NCBI RefSeq assembly: GCF_006345805.1
Contig: NC_043000.1
Span: forward strand, 119,412,001 to 119,476,000
From: Octopus sinensis
Lineage: Eukaryota
Reading direction: 5' to 3'
DNA length: 64,000 bases
Shown here: piece by piece, positions 11,702-24,310 of the stretch
Numbering within the stretch: the first letter of the stretch is position 1
How the letters are laid out: each line of letters starts with the position of its first letter
The notes under the pieces: generated by a model
Told to the model about the DNA's origin: nothing
Databases searched by the model: none
The model's input: the letters and a program-made list of their open reading frames with translations, nothing else
Made by a program: the position numbers and the translations under genes

Positions 11702-11770
11702 TTTTATATATAACTTTTTTTGATAAGGTTCATTTCAGGAACTGAAACATGTTATAATGTATATATAAAA
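11702..11770 (+). ncRNA. Minimal type I hammerhead ribozyme (U3:A8 variant) in the PLE pLTR
   Basis: UUGAUAA core (11720-11726), stem II GGUUC/GAACU, GAAA (11744-11747), palindromic stem III ACAUGU, long AU-rich stem I (ttttatatata/tatatataaaa). Confidence 0.7.
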
Positions 11771-12587
11771 ATTAAAAATTGTATAATACAGCAGCATTTT
11801 CGAACTTCATTTTTTACAAATATATATATAATATATATATATATATTATATATAAATATATATTATATATTATATATTATATATATATATAATATAGAGA
11901 GAAGGAGAGAGGAGAGAGGAGAGAAGAGAGAGAGATCATAATGTTACAGAGAAAAGAAAGTAAGTTAATGAAGTAAGAGTGGTGGGACGAAACAACTGCT
12001 TCGTTGGTGAGTTACCATAGTTGTCTCTTTGTGCCTTTTCTTTCAAAGACGGCGTTTTGTTCAGCCGGTCAGCCAGACTCGGTTCTCAGTAACTGACTTT
12101 GGCTTACGGAGTTCTTGTTTTTATAACTATCCAAAACTAGTTAGAAAGACAGGCATGTTGTTGAAAACAATAGATTTCGTTGGTGGTACATGTTATCTCA
12201 AATCTAGATTTTGGTGACCTAGAATAGGTTAGAAGGGTTAAGTGGCAAAGACCTTATTCTGCTTAGCGAAGGCATCTGGCAAATGTAACTGCTGTCACTC
12301 ACAGAAAAAACTATTGTTTTACCGTGAGAAAAGCGCTGTTGAACTGTTAAGTGAAATTTGGCTATCGTGGATCGAATCCACGCCATGCCTGCATGAAGCC
12401 ACTACTCTCGTCTTTACATTTTCACTAAAACTTTGTAACATCCATTCATGTAGGGTATAGAAGCAGTTTTGATACAAACTACAGAAACAGTGACATTATT
12501 TCCAACAGCAAAGAGCCAGCGAAGGTACCTTTATGCCAGAGGTGGGAAACCCTTTCGCTTTCATTCAAACTTGAAATCGTTTGCTAG

Positions 12588-12780
12588 CAATGGCGTAGCT
12601 AATAGGGGTGCCAGGGAAACGACCGCTTCCCACCAGCACATTTTTCAAAATTGACGCCGTTCCAACAATTGAGAAATTAGTTAAAAATTGTTTTGGTATG
12701 TGTCACGGCGCCTTTTCTTTCTTTTCTTTTCTTTTTAATGTGCTCGCTCCCCTTAACATTAGAACCTGGCTACGCCTCTG
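12588..12780. mobile_element. hAT-like MITE
   Basis: Degenerate TIRs CAATGGCGTAGC / GCTACGCCTCTG; 8-bp flanks tttgctag vs tctgcgag (6/8). Confidence 0.5.
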
Positions 12781-13179
12781 TCTGCGAGCAAAATTCTGTA
12801 AAATCCCTATTCGGAAAAAACAAATAACAGTATGTCTTACGTATTCAGATCTTGAGATAAATTTCACACTACAAGCTCTGTAAAGTTCTTTATACCTTAT
12901 GAGGTGTTAAGTTGAAAGCAAGTTATATGAAATTAATATTTTGATCTTTACGCATTAAAATATTAATAAAATGTGACTTATTTTCAATAACTTCGTGAAA
13001 CTTAAAGAAACTTTTCTGGTAACCGTGAAGGTTGTCTTGTGACAAATCTTAAGTCGAGATACGTACTAATTGAAGACAACAGTTACGACTAGAATTTAGA
13101 AGTTCGTTTACCTATTTCTTTTAACTGTTTTGAACCAATGTAATAAATTGAATGAAAGCAACCCTTCTGCAATGGTGCA

Positions 13180-13340
13180 ATGGTTGGTACAAATAAAAGA
13201 AAAAGAGTTGCTGGCAATGGTTCTTTGTTTGACGAGAACTGGAGAGATAATTATTGTTACACAGAAGTAAATGGAACCTGTCTTTGTAAAGATTTGATTG
13301 CAGTTTACAGAAAGTACAATCTTAGGCGACCTTGACTTCA
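13180..13340 (+). pseudogene. hAT (SPIN/Charlie/GTF2IRD2-like) transposase N-terminal zinc-finger relic
   Basis: Translates as MVGTNKRKRVAGNGSLFDENWRDNYCYTEVNGTCLCKDLIAVYRKYNLRR, resembling the F.E.W...YFF.EV.GK..CL.C...AV.K.YNL.RH pattern (recognition from memory). Confidence 0.65.
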
Positions 13341-13409
13341 CGTCTCTGCTTTTACTTTCGTCAATCAGCAATAAACATGATTTCATTTGGCGGCCGGTGA
13401 AGATTTCTT

Positions 13410-13459
<50 letters not shown>

Positions 13460-13461
<2 letters not shown>

Positions 13462-14242
13462 ATTTCTTTATTGCACACAAGGGGCTAAACATAGAGGGGA
13501 CAAACAAGGACAGACAAAGGGATTAAGTCGATTAGATCGACCCCAGTGAGTAACTGGTACTTATTTAATTGACCCCGAAAGGATGAAAGGCAAAGTCGAC
13601 CTCGGCGGAATTTGAACTCAGAACGTAAAGACAGACGAAATACCTATTTCTTTACTACCCACAAGGGGTTAAACACAGAGGGAACAAACAAGGACAGACA
13701 AAGGGATTAAGTCGATTAGATCGACCCCAGTGAGTAACTGGTACTTATTTAATTGACCCCGAAAGGATGAAAGGCAAAGTCGACCTCGGCGGAATTTGAA
13801 CTCAGAACGTAAAGACAGACGAAATACCTATTTCTTTACTACCCACAAGGGGTTAAACACAGAGGGAACAAACAAGGACAGACAAAGGGATTAAGTCGAT
13901 TAGATCGACCCCATTGAGTAACTGGTACTTATTTAATTGACCCCGAAATGAAGAAAGGCAAAGTCGACCTCGGCGGAATTTGAACTCAGAACGTAAAGAC
14001 AGACGAAATACCTATTTCTTTACTACCCACAAAGGGCTAAACACAGATGGGACAAACAAGAACAGACACATGGATTAAATCGATTACATCGACCCCAGTG
14101 CGTAACTGGTACTTATTTAATCGACTCCGAAAGGATGAAAGGCAAAGTCGACCTTGGCGGATTTTGAACTCAGAACATAACGGCAGACGAAATACGGCTA
14201 CGCATTTCGCCCGGCGTGCTAACGTTTCTGCCAGCTCGCCGC

Positions 14243-14243
<1 letters not shown>
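13460..14243 (-). mobile_element. SINE family A, tetramer in an (ATCT)n tract
   Basis: One head plus three ~184-bp units joined at GACGAAATACCTATTTCTTT. Confidence 0.9.
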
Positions 14244-14325
<82 letters not shown>

Positions 14326-15674
14326 CCTGTCTGTCTGTCTGTCTGAATGTCTTTTTATCTATCTGTCTATCTGGTGGGCGGGGAATGAGGTGAGGATGGT
14401 ATTTTGGCTTGCAATGAATGAAAATGTGTCGTTGATAGTGGCGATCCATGATTTAATACTTTGTCTTGTAGGAATTTCTCTCAGATATTTTGGTTTGCAA
14501 AACAACACCAATATGTACAACTACTATAACAGCAAATTCTTAATTGATGTTTTTCTTTTTTATTTTCTTCTTCTTTCCTCTTTCCTCTTTTCTGATTTTT
14601 TCCTCCCGGCTCTGGATTTTATATGTATCATATACATGCGGAGTGCGGCTTTTAAGTTAGTATAAGATAAAAACGACGTTTTCACGTCATTAGTTTGTGT
14701 ATACACACGTTATTAGTTGGTTGCCGTAAAATGCTTTCTGGGTTCCATGGATTTTCTGCGTGTGGGGGCTAGATTAGTTATCTGCTGCTAGAGAGGAAGA
14801 ACGGATGAGATTTGCCTTGACAAATAGAGACTATAAGCCATGTATTGTTCTTCTCTTTTCCGTTCGGCCGAGGTGCTCAGAAGGTCAGATGCCATTGGTC
14901 AGACGGCAGATACTAAAGAGGTCTGAATAAACCTCTTTCTGGTTTATTAGAACGTTTGATAACTAAAGTAGATCAATCCTAAAACAAAGGATTGACCTTT
15001 CCACGACAGGAAAGGTCTCAGTGGTTAGCTCATCCTCATTAATTTCTAAGTACAGAGAGGAAAAAGCAAAAGACCAGAAATCCATCCAGCAATCAGCAAA
15101 AATGTGGATTTGGTTTCGAATCTTAGATGAACACCACCGTGAACGATATATTATTTGCGCAGGCATGGCTGTGTGGTAAGTAGCTTGCTTGCCAACCACA
15201 TGGTTCCAGGTCCAGTCCCACTGCATGGCACCTTGGGCAAGTGTCTTCTACAATAGCCTCGGGCCGACCAAAGCCTTGTGAGTGGATTTGGTAAACGGAA
15301 ACTGAAAGAAGCCCGTCGTATCCCATCGCATTTAAACAGAATCAGGACAAATTTTTTCAAGGGATACCAGATAAGCCACCTATATCTGGATACAACTCAA
15401 TCAACAAGGACTCCCTACTTGAATGGGCCAAAACTTGACTTGAAAAGGGTTTAGCAAATCCTATGACGTGGTGCTATTAGGTTAAGTATGGCCTGGACCA
15501 ATCTTTGGTCGAAACATATCTGTATCTAAGCTGTGTGTGTGTGTGTTAATAGAACTGTCACTATACTTTATATACCAGTCCTGATAATCGCCTTCCTAGA
15601 ATCACCTAACTTGTATGCTAATCTCTCTCTCTCTCTCTATCTCTTCCTCTCTCTCTATCTCTCCCTCCCTCTCT

Positions 15675-16694
15675 GGATCATCCCATAAATAATGCGGTTT
15701 TTCATACTTCTTTTATTTCAAAAGTTCTTTTTTAATCTAAAATATACTCTCCTTCATTTTCTACAATCCTCTTCCATCTATCTGGTAAACTTGCAAGGCC
15801 CCCTCTTCCAAAATTCACTTGTCCGTGACGAAAAATACTCCCCCAGCACTGTTCTGACATCGACTACAGAAATCATATTCTTTCTGTCCAAATGATTTTG
15901 AAGACTGCGGAATAAATGATAATCAGATGGGGCAATGTCCAGCAAATATGGTGGGTGGGGCATTGTTTCTCATTCAAACTGCTCCAGCCTTTGGAATGTC
16001 ATCATCACTATATGTGGCCGAGTATTATCTTGATGGAAGAACACTTTTCGTCTTGAAATCAAAGATGGTCGTTTTCCTTCTAGCGCTGACTTAAGCCACT
16101 CAAACTGCTCGCAGTAGATCTCCTGTGTTATTGTTTGGTTTGGGTTTAAAAGTTCAAAGTGAACTAAACCTTTCATATCCCACCAAACAGATAACAACAC
16201 CTTACGTGGGTGGAGAACTTGTTTAGCCTGGGGTGCCGGTGCTTCTCCTCTCCCTACCCACTGTCTTCGGCGCTTGACATTTTTAAAGAGAACCCTGTTT
16301 TCGTTACCAGTCACTATTCGATCGTCTTCTAGGTTGTAGTTTCCGGCTTGGATTTCTGGAACCACCGTTAACACTGGCTTATGCTTATTGTCCAATCTCC
16401 ATATACTGCATTAATATTCCTCACGCTGTCACTGCGTTGTTGCCTTTATTGAAATCATAAAGCAAAATATGCCGAATATGCTCCTTTGTCACTTCCATTT
16501 ATAGCTTTGAAAAAAAAAAAAAAAAACAACTGTTAAAATCGAACAGCACTCTTTAAAACTTGCACTAAAAATAAGTACACGGTAAAATTACTACATGCTT
16601 ATGTAGCAAGGTTATGAAAGTAGGTTATCTTGCCCAGCTCCGGCTTCTGGTTCATGCAATTGAAAAAAACCACATTATTTATGGGATGACTCAA
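15675..16694 (-). mobile_element. Decayed mariner (DD34D) transposon, internally deleted
   Basis: ORFs 15970-16395 (IVTG.E..V, KVLLSVWWD.KG, FFHQDNTRPH) and 15778-15963 (PHPPY..DIAPSDYHLF); TIRs (GA)TCATCCCATAAATAATG(C/T)GGTTTT at both ends; TA at 16695. Confidence 0.9.
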
Positions 16695-16983
16695 TATATA
16701 TATAAACAATATACATACATACATACATATATACACATAAACACACACACACATACATACATATATACACATAAACACACACACATACATACATACATAC
16801 ATACATACATACATACATACATACATAAATACATACATGCATACATACATACATACATACATACATACATACATACATACATGCATACATATTTCCGTCT
16901 ACCGTCGGATGCGTGTTAATTAAGATTAATTAAAACGACCTAATCATTTTATACCATATTTTGTTAAAATTGCTCTATTCTGG

Positions 16984-17015
<32 letters not shown>

Positions 17016-17566
17016 GGTGGTGGCGGCGGTTGGTGGTGGTGGTTGGTGGTTGGTGGTGGTGGTGGTGGTGGTGGTGGTGGTGGTCGTCGTCGTCGTCGTC
17101 GTGGTGTTGGTTGGTGGTGGTTGTTTGTGGTAGTGTAAGACGAAATGTGTAGCCGTATTTCGTCTGCCGTTACGTTCTGAGTTCAAATTCCGCCGAGGTC
17201 GACTTTGCCTCTCATCCTTTCGGAGTCGATAAATTATTAAGTACCAGTTACGCACTGGGGTCGATGTAATCGACTTAATCCGATTGTCTACCCTTGTTTG
17301 TCCCCTCTGTGTTTAGCCCCTTGTGGGTAGTAAAGAAATAGATATCGCTTGCACGATTGTGCGTCTTGGTCCTAGGTAAACGAGTGAAGTTGCATGCAGT
17401 CAATGTATATACATTGCACAGTCCCTCGCATTGAAGGGACAGCGACACATTTTTGGATTTCGTGTGTTCATAAATTTTGCTTTATTTACAGTTGCCAAAT
17501 TTACCTTGGAGCCGTGACTGAGGCTAACAATAGGGTTGGAAAGAAAGGAGCGATCCTTCACCAATT

Positions 17567-17636
<70 letters not shown>

Positions 17637-18147
17637 AAGAAGAAAAGGATGACAATGGTAATAATGGACCTCTTGTGTTATTCTGAGAGGAATTTGATTA
17701 GTATGACTGTGGAGAAGAGCTAAGTGCTACACTTTGATCTTAGCCAAAAGGCTGGACGATCTTGTTGTTGTTTAGTTGTGATAAGGATCGTAAGCAGGAG
17801 AACATGGTGACAATGATGATGATGATGGCTCGGTTGGGATAATCAGAGGAAATGAGGATTGTGGATAGCTGGCCTGTGAAGGGCTGTTGATGGTGAAGCT
17901 TAATTAATCAATTGTGCTAAGTATTGAGGAGTGGGCCGTGACTATTGTTATGTGTGTGCGCGCGCGCGTGTGTGTGTGTGCGCGTGTGTGTGTGCGTGTG
18001 TGTGTATGTGCGTGTGTGTGTGTGTGTGCCTGTGTGTGTGCCTGTGTGTGTGCGTGCGTGTGTGTGTGTATTTATATATAGATAGATAAACTTACTTGGA
18101 AATGGATGCGTGGAGTTCAATCAAATAATAATATAAATTATATATAT

Positions 18148-18216
<69 letters not shown>

Positions 18217-18220
18217 TGTG

Positions 18221-18265
<45 letters not shown>

Positions 18266-18609
18266 TATATATATGCATATGTACATACATATATATATAT
18301 AAATGCATATATACATACATGCATATGTGTGTGTGCATATATGGGTACAGGACGTCACAAACCGTAAACAACATGAAATACGAAAACATATGAGTTGAGT
18401 ACCCAAACAATGAGAGAAACAAATGGAAAACAGGACAAGTAACATAAAGAACGACCTTTCATCAGTTGTCGACTGTCCATCTACTCATTTCGAGCATTGA
18501 ACGACAATATGAGACTTCGAAGGCAGTTGCTCCCGTAAAAACAAAAATAAACTTGTTTCTCTCGTTGTTTCTCATTTCTTTTCGTACTTCATGTCGTTTA
18601 CAGATAACG

Positions 18610-19337
18610 TGGTGGTGGAACAATGTTATTGACAGGGCCATTAGGGAAAAGAAACAGGTTTGGAAGGACTGGAAGAACGGTGGCAGCAGTGAATGGTACC
18701 AGACTGCCAGAAGGGAAGCTAAGAGACAGGTTTATTTAGCCAGAGGGGAAGCAGATAAGAAAAAATTTGTCAATGTTCTGCGCCGCGACGACCAAAGACT
18801 TGAGGTATTTTGTATTGCGAGACAGTGTGTGAGAGAGAATCGTAATGAGGTAGGAGAGAAATGTGTCCGCATGGATGATGGTTCACTTGCATTAAACGAG
18901 GCTGCAAAGAGAGAGGTTTGGAGACGCCACTATGAAAGGTTGCTGAATAAAGAGAATGAATGGGAGAAAGAGAGTCAACCGAATGCCGACCCAACAGAAG
19001 GACCAGCTATCAGAGTTGACAGTCCCTTGGTAGTTAAAGCAATTAATGGTATGAAGACAGGGAAAGCCCCCGGCCCATAAAGAATCACCGCAGAGATGCT
19101 TAAAACATCTGGTGGTGTCGGCTATAGCCTAGTCACCCGTATAGTCAACCAGGTGATACATGAAGGAGTCATACCCAATGACTGGTGTAGCAGCACCATA
19201 GTCAACTGCTACAAAGGTAAAGGTGACGCTTTAGATACAAATAATTACAGAGGTATCAAGTTGCTGGATCAAGTAATGAAGGTCACGGAGAGGGTTGTAG
19301 CCCAACTAATTAGGGAGAGGGTCAGTCTAGACGAGAT
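18610..19337 (+). pseudogene. RTE-clade LINE ORF fragment (linker to RT N-terminus)
   Basis: WWWNNVIDRAIREKK..W..HYERLLN..KAINGMKTGKAPGP*RITAEMLK..IPNDW.SSTIVNCYKGKGDALDTNNYRGIKLL; one in-frame stop at 19078-19080; truncated at both ends. Confidence 0.9.
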
Positions 19338-19612
19338 CGTTAGTAGGTCATATAACCGAAAGAGAAACACACTATAAAAGATTAGGAGTTGTAATATGTT
19401 TGGGGAGGAAATTAATTGTTATGGCCGGTGCGAAATCAATGGTAAGAAGCTTGTTTCCCAACCATATGGTTCCAGGTTCAGTCCCTCTGAGTGGAACCTT
19501 GGGCAAGTGCCTTCTACTATAGCCCCGGGCAGACCAAAGCTTTGTGAGTGGATTTGGTAGACGGAAACTGAAAGAAGCCCGTTGTATATATGTATACATA
19601 TATATATATATA

Positions 19613-20023
19613 TTAGCAGCTAAGCCCGGTTTCACCCGGTCTGTTTGGATGATGTGGCTGTGATCGTTTTCGGTTAGGCATAATCTATAACAACGTTTGT
19701 TAACCTTATCATTTCGGGTCCCCTCTTTCGATTGGATCCTCCAGCTATATGAAATTTTCCTGACCCCGACCCCGTCAGAAAACAGCTTCTAAGCAACTGG
19801 TTGTTTTAATGGCAGAAGAAAGAGGGAAATTCCATTAGAAAATATTTTAATCGATTTTCTCAGTAAATGTGGGGGTTATGAACAAAATACAAACTGCATC
19901 CCAATCTATGTACCTATCTCCACATGTGTGCCATTTTTCATGCAAATCCACCCAGCCGTTTGGCTGTGAACCTCGAGACAAGAAAGAATACAACGATCAC
20001 CCATGTCCAATTTATATTATAGA
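19613..20023 (-). mobile_element. Non-autonomous Helitron inserted in the microsatellite of a SINE
   Basis: CTAA end with CCCGG..CCGG hairpin at 19613-19640; TC-type end at ~20023. Confidence 0.65.
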
Positions 20024-21508
20024 TATGTGTGTGTGTGTGTGTGTGTGTCTGTCTGTCTGTCTGTTTGCCTTTGTGTCTGTGTTTGTCTCACCACCACCGC
20101 TTCACAACCTATTTCTTTACTACCCACAAGGGGCTAAACACAGAGAGGACAAACAAGGACAGACAAACGGATTAAGTCGATTATATCGACCCCAGTGCGT
20201 AACTGGTACTTATTTAATCGACCCCGAAAGGATGAAAGGCAAAGTCGACCTCGGCGGAATTTGAACTCAGAACGTAGCGGCAGACGAATTACTGCTAAGC
20301 ATTTCGCCCAGCGTGCTAACGTTTCTGCCAGCTCGCCGCTTCACAACCGGTACCGGTGTGTTTATGTCCCCGTACATTAGCGGTTCGGCAAAAGAGACCG
20401 ATAGAATAAAGTATCAGGCTTAAAAAAATATATATAGGTACTAGGGTTGATACAATCGTCTTAAAAAAAAACAAAAAAACATTCTTCAAGGCGGTGCCCC
20501 AGCATGGCCGAAATCTAATGATTGAAACAAGTAAAGAAAATAAAAAGTATTCTTTCTTCTTTTAGCTGTTTCAGTCATTTGACTGCGACCATGCTGGAGC
20601 ACCGCCTTTTAGTCGAACAATCAACCCCAGGAATTATTTTTTGTAGGCCTAGTACTTATTCTATTCAGTCTCTTTGGCCGAACCGTTAAGTTATAGGGAC
20701 GTAAACTTACCAACATCGGTTGTCAAGCAATGGCGGGGAACAAAGACAGACAGACGGACAGACACACATCTATCTATCTAGCTATATATATATATATTAG
20801 TTCTACATTTACGTGTGTATATATACATATATATATATATCGCGCACTCAGTACATCACGGATTTTTCTATCTAATATATGTAAATTTATATCACGGACT
20901 TCTCAATATATCGCGGGTTTCTGCGGCCGATAGGTATTTATATTGTTTTAGATTTTAATTATTTCTGTGGGAGGTTTTGGAATTTAACACCCGCGATAGT
21001 CGAGGGATTTTTTTGTTTTCTTTTTAATTGTTTTAGTTCTTTTTATTGTTTTCCAAGCAACTTTTACTGATCCATTTTTCAACACTATTTCTTATAAGTA
21101 TGAAGTGCAAATTTTTCACCCCCACCCCCACCAAGAAAAAAAATTCTTTTTAGTCGGTGAGCTTGCACCCCCTGAAGCCCCCCCCCCCCTGTTCTCGAGG
21201 CCTTGATAATAAAAAAAGAGAGGAGTTATGGTGTACAATACATGAATATGTCACGGACTGTACTTTTGTAAAAAAAAAAACCCGTCTGCCTTCTGTGTGT
21301 GTGAATGCATGCACATTTTGAAAAGGAGTAGCAGGTGGTGCTGGAGGCGGTGGTGGTGGTGGTGGTGGTGGTGGTGGTGGTTGTGGTTGTGGTAGTGGTG
21401 GTCCTGGTGCTAGCGGTGTTGTTTCTTTTCTCAGCATGTCAGAAGCGTCCATGCGAAACGTTTTTATTAGACGAGGGGTGGGCGGGAGGACAGTCTCTGG
21501 CATGACGA

Positions 21509-21560
<52 letters not shown>

Positions 21561-22232
21561 CAATGATAATGATGATGATGATGCCTTTCATCCTTTCGTG
21601 GTAGATAAATAAAGTACAGTTTCGCACAGGGGTCGATGTAATCGACTTAATCCCTTTGTCTATCCTTGTTTCTCCCCTCTACGCTTAGCCCCTTGTGGGC
21701 AATAAAGAAATATATATATAACCTGTACACCACTTCAAACAATCTACATAAACGTGCACACACACAGACGGTTCAGAATTGTACGAAGAGAAAAGAGAAA
21801 ACTGAGACAAGCAGTCATAATATAAATTTCCTTGTCTCTCAACACTACAAATATGTTCTGTCTATCTTTCGAACTGATGAGAATTTTTACGAGGCAAATA
21901 CAACGATAAACTTTGATTGGAGAATATTTTTAAAAGACGACTTGTTTGTATAGTAAAATTCTGTGACGTGTTGACTTCTTGACAGCCTATTATATAGGTT
22001 GGTTTCAGTTTGGGATCCAATTTTTAACCGGTTCTCATTAAAAACAAAAGAGAAAAATTTCACAACAGGTTTCGCGGCAACTGGTTACATTCCTCCTGCC
22101 TTCAAACTTTTGTTATAGATAAAATAAATATCAGTCAAATTTCAGGGACGCTTTAAATAGATTATACATTTTCTTAGAATGACGTAAGATATACATCTGC
22201 AAATCGTACGAAGAAAAATGCAAAAGAAAGAG

Positions 22233-22241
22233 AAAAAAAAA
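22233..22241 (-). terminator. Pol III oligo-T terminator of tRNA-Ile
   Basis: A-run on + (T-run on -) about 10 nt downstream of the tRNA 3' end. Confidence 0.75.
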
Positions 22242-22250
22242 TAAACGCAT

Positions 22251-22324
22251 TGGCCAGTATGGGGCTCGAACCCACGACATTCGCGTTATTAGCACGACGC
22301 TCTAACCAACTGAGCTAACCGGCC
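22251..22324 (-). tRNA. trnI-AAT: tRNA-Ile (anticodon AAT/IAU)
   Basis: Reverse complement GGCCGGTTAGCTCAGTTGGTTAGAGCGTCGTGCTAATAACGCGAATGTCGTGGGTTCGAGCCCCATACTGGCCA folds into a complete cloverleaf with intact A and B boxes; AT-rich upstream at ~22344-22357. Confidence 0.96.
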
Positions 22325-23373
22325 TCGCTGACTCCAGCGTTCAAATATTAATATTTAAACTAAACATTCACAAAATTCGTGCCACTGTATTTCGTTCTAA
22401 TTTTTTTATGAAGCTTATATTGAAATATGCTTTTACACCTTATTTTATTTCATTTTAAATAGTTATATTTCACTGTATTATCAATTTTCCGTCAATACTC
22501 CTCTTCTTTTCGTTGATGTGTTAAATATAACGGTCGTAATGGCAATTCCGTTGCTGGATCTCAGAACTATTTTAATATGAATATTTACACATATTTCGTT
22601 TTTGGATTTGGTTTGCAAGATTCTTTCTTTATATGAGTTCGTGTGTTGAAGCATATTCAATTTTAGGACAATAAAAATAAGAAAAAAAGTGGAAATTTTA
22701 CCGGTGAGTGCGAAAAAGAAAATGACTCTCCCCAGACACAACAGAATATTTACACATGACTCGTGTCTTATAATAAATCCTAGGCTATGAGACAAACGGA
22801 GTCTTTAGCTTAATGTTGACTTTATTAGCCAGAAACGAAATCGAAAAATATAAAATAGTGCAACGGGTGTTTAAAAAGAAGTGTAGGAAACTAATGTTGG
22901 AAACAAATATGTCTAGAAAGCAACGGAAGTGGGGAGAGGCCTTCGGAAAATTCACAAGATCCGATGGTTTTCTATCATAACTTTTAGGAAAACGAGTTTT
23001 TTTAAAATGAAAACCCTTCAAACGGTATAGATTACGACTGTAAAGAAATTTGTGGGAAAAATATTTTCCGAGAGGGTGGGGAGAGGACTTCGGAAAATTC
23101 ACAAGATCCGATGATTTTTCCTTCGTAACTTTGAGGAAAATCGATATGTTTCTACTTCACACCCACGTAGGGAACGAATCTGAAAACAAAATTGCGCGGA
23201 AAGCAACGGAAAATTCACAAGAATCACAAGATCCGAGGTTTTCCCTCGTAACTTTGAGGAAAATATAATCCTTTTGAAACCACAAATTAGGCTTTTCCTT
23301 AGCAACTTGGATGCTAAACATCCCTTCGAAGGGTTCGGGTTCTTACTTCTACTATATGTGTGTGTGTGTGTGC

Positions 23374-23414
<41 letters not shown>

Positions 23415-23953
23415 TGTGTGTGCGTGCATGTATGTGTGTATATGTGTGTGTGCGTGCGTGCGTGTATATGTGAATGTGTGTGTGTGTGTATAACTACAAT
23501 CAATCAGTTCTTCTTTCATCATTGTTCGCAATCCAACACATTAAAAAACATTGAATATTCAATCAATTGACCAATAAATACAGAGAAATGGAATTGGATC
23601 TGTGCGTGTGTTATTGGCAAAATGACTCTCCTACGATACAAAATTTTAGTTTGACCAAAATTTATTTTCAACATGTATTCTTATCAAGAATTATGCAAAC
23701 CAAATTCAAACATGTTTTGAGTTGCTTCCCTTAATATCTTCAAGGGAAGCAACTCTTCCTGAGGTTCTTCCCTTGTAATTATTTATTTATTTAAAAAAAT
23801 CTTTTTTGGTGTCCATTCTCATCTACCGTTTTGTTTTCCTGCAAATCTATTTTCCAGGCCATGATCGCTATTCTCAGAAAATCTCCTTCCTTTAATCGGT
23901 TGGATGGGTTTATTTTTCGTTGCAGCAGTGATATCGACATGTGGTAGGTATCG

Positions 23954-24007
<54 letters not shown>

Positions 24008-24021
24008 CTCTCCTCTCTCTC

Positions 24022-24054
<33 letters not shown>

Positions 24055-24274
24055 TCTCTCTCTCTCTCCTCTCTCTCCTCTCTCTCTCTCTCCTCTCTCT
24101 TCTCTCTCTCTCTCTTCTCTCTCTCTCCTCTCTCTCTCTTCTCTCTCTCTCTCTCATCGACCCAGTGTTTCGCTGGTACTTATTTTATCGATCCTGAAAG
24201 GATGAAAGGCAAAGTCAACTCAGAATGTATAGCCGGACGAAATACCGCGCTAACGATTCTGCCAGATTGCCGCC

Positions 24275-24310
<36 letters not shown>

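Larger units (their letters stand above)
7790..11810 (+). mobile_element. Penelope-like retroelement (Neptune-type), near full length, with 3' pseudo-LTR
   Basis: Consecutive ORF pieces give the PLE N-terminal motif IINLSNKELT..LSKGLKFTPT, RT motifs (GTAMGT..APSFANLVMG, RYLDDCFIIW), a Cys-rich linker (KCGMPNCGIC) and GIY-YIG (NLIYVITCAGCNRQYIGHT), followed by ~950 bp non-coding with promoter motifs and a hammerhead. Ends are approximate; no 5' pLTR copy seen. Confidence 0.93.

Noticed and set aside
13460-14243. CRISPR-like regular repeat arrays (here, 339-927 and 29165-29578)
   Set aside because: No unique spacers; these are tandem SINE units or a minisatellite in eukaryotic DNA.
18420-18520. 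Hammerhead in the repeat upstream of the RTE fragment (CTGATGA on the minus strand)
   Set aside because: No correctly placed GAAA/stem III/UH could be assembled.
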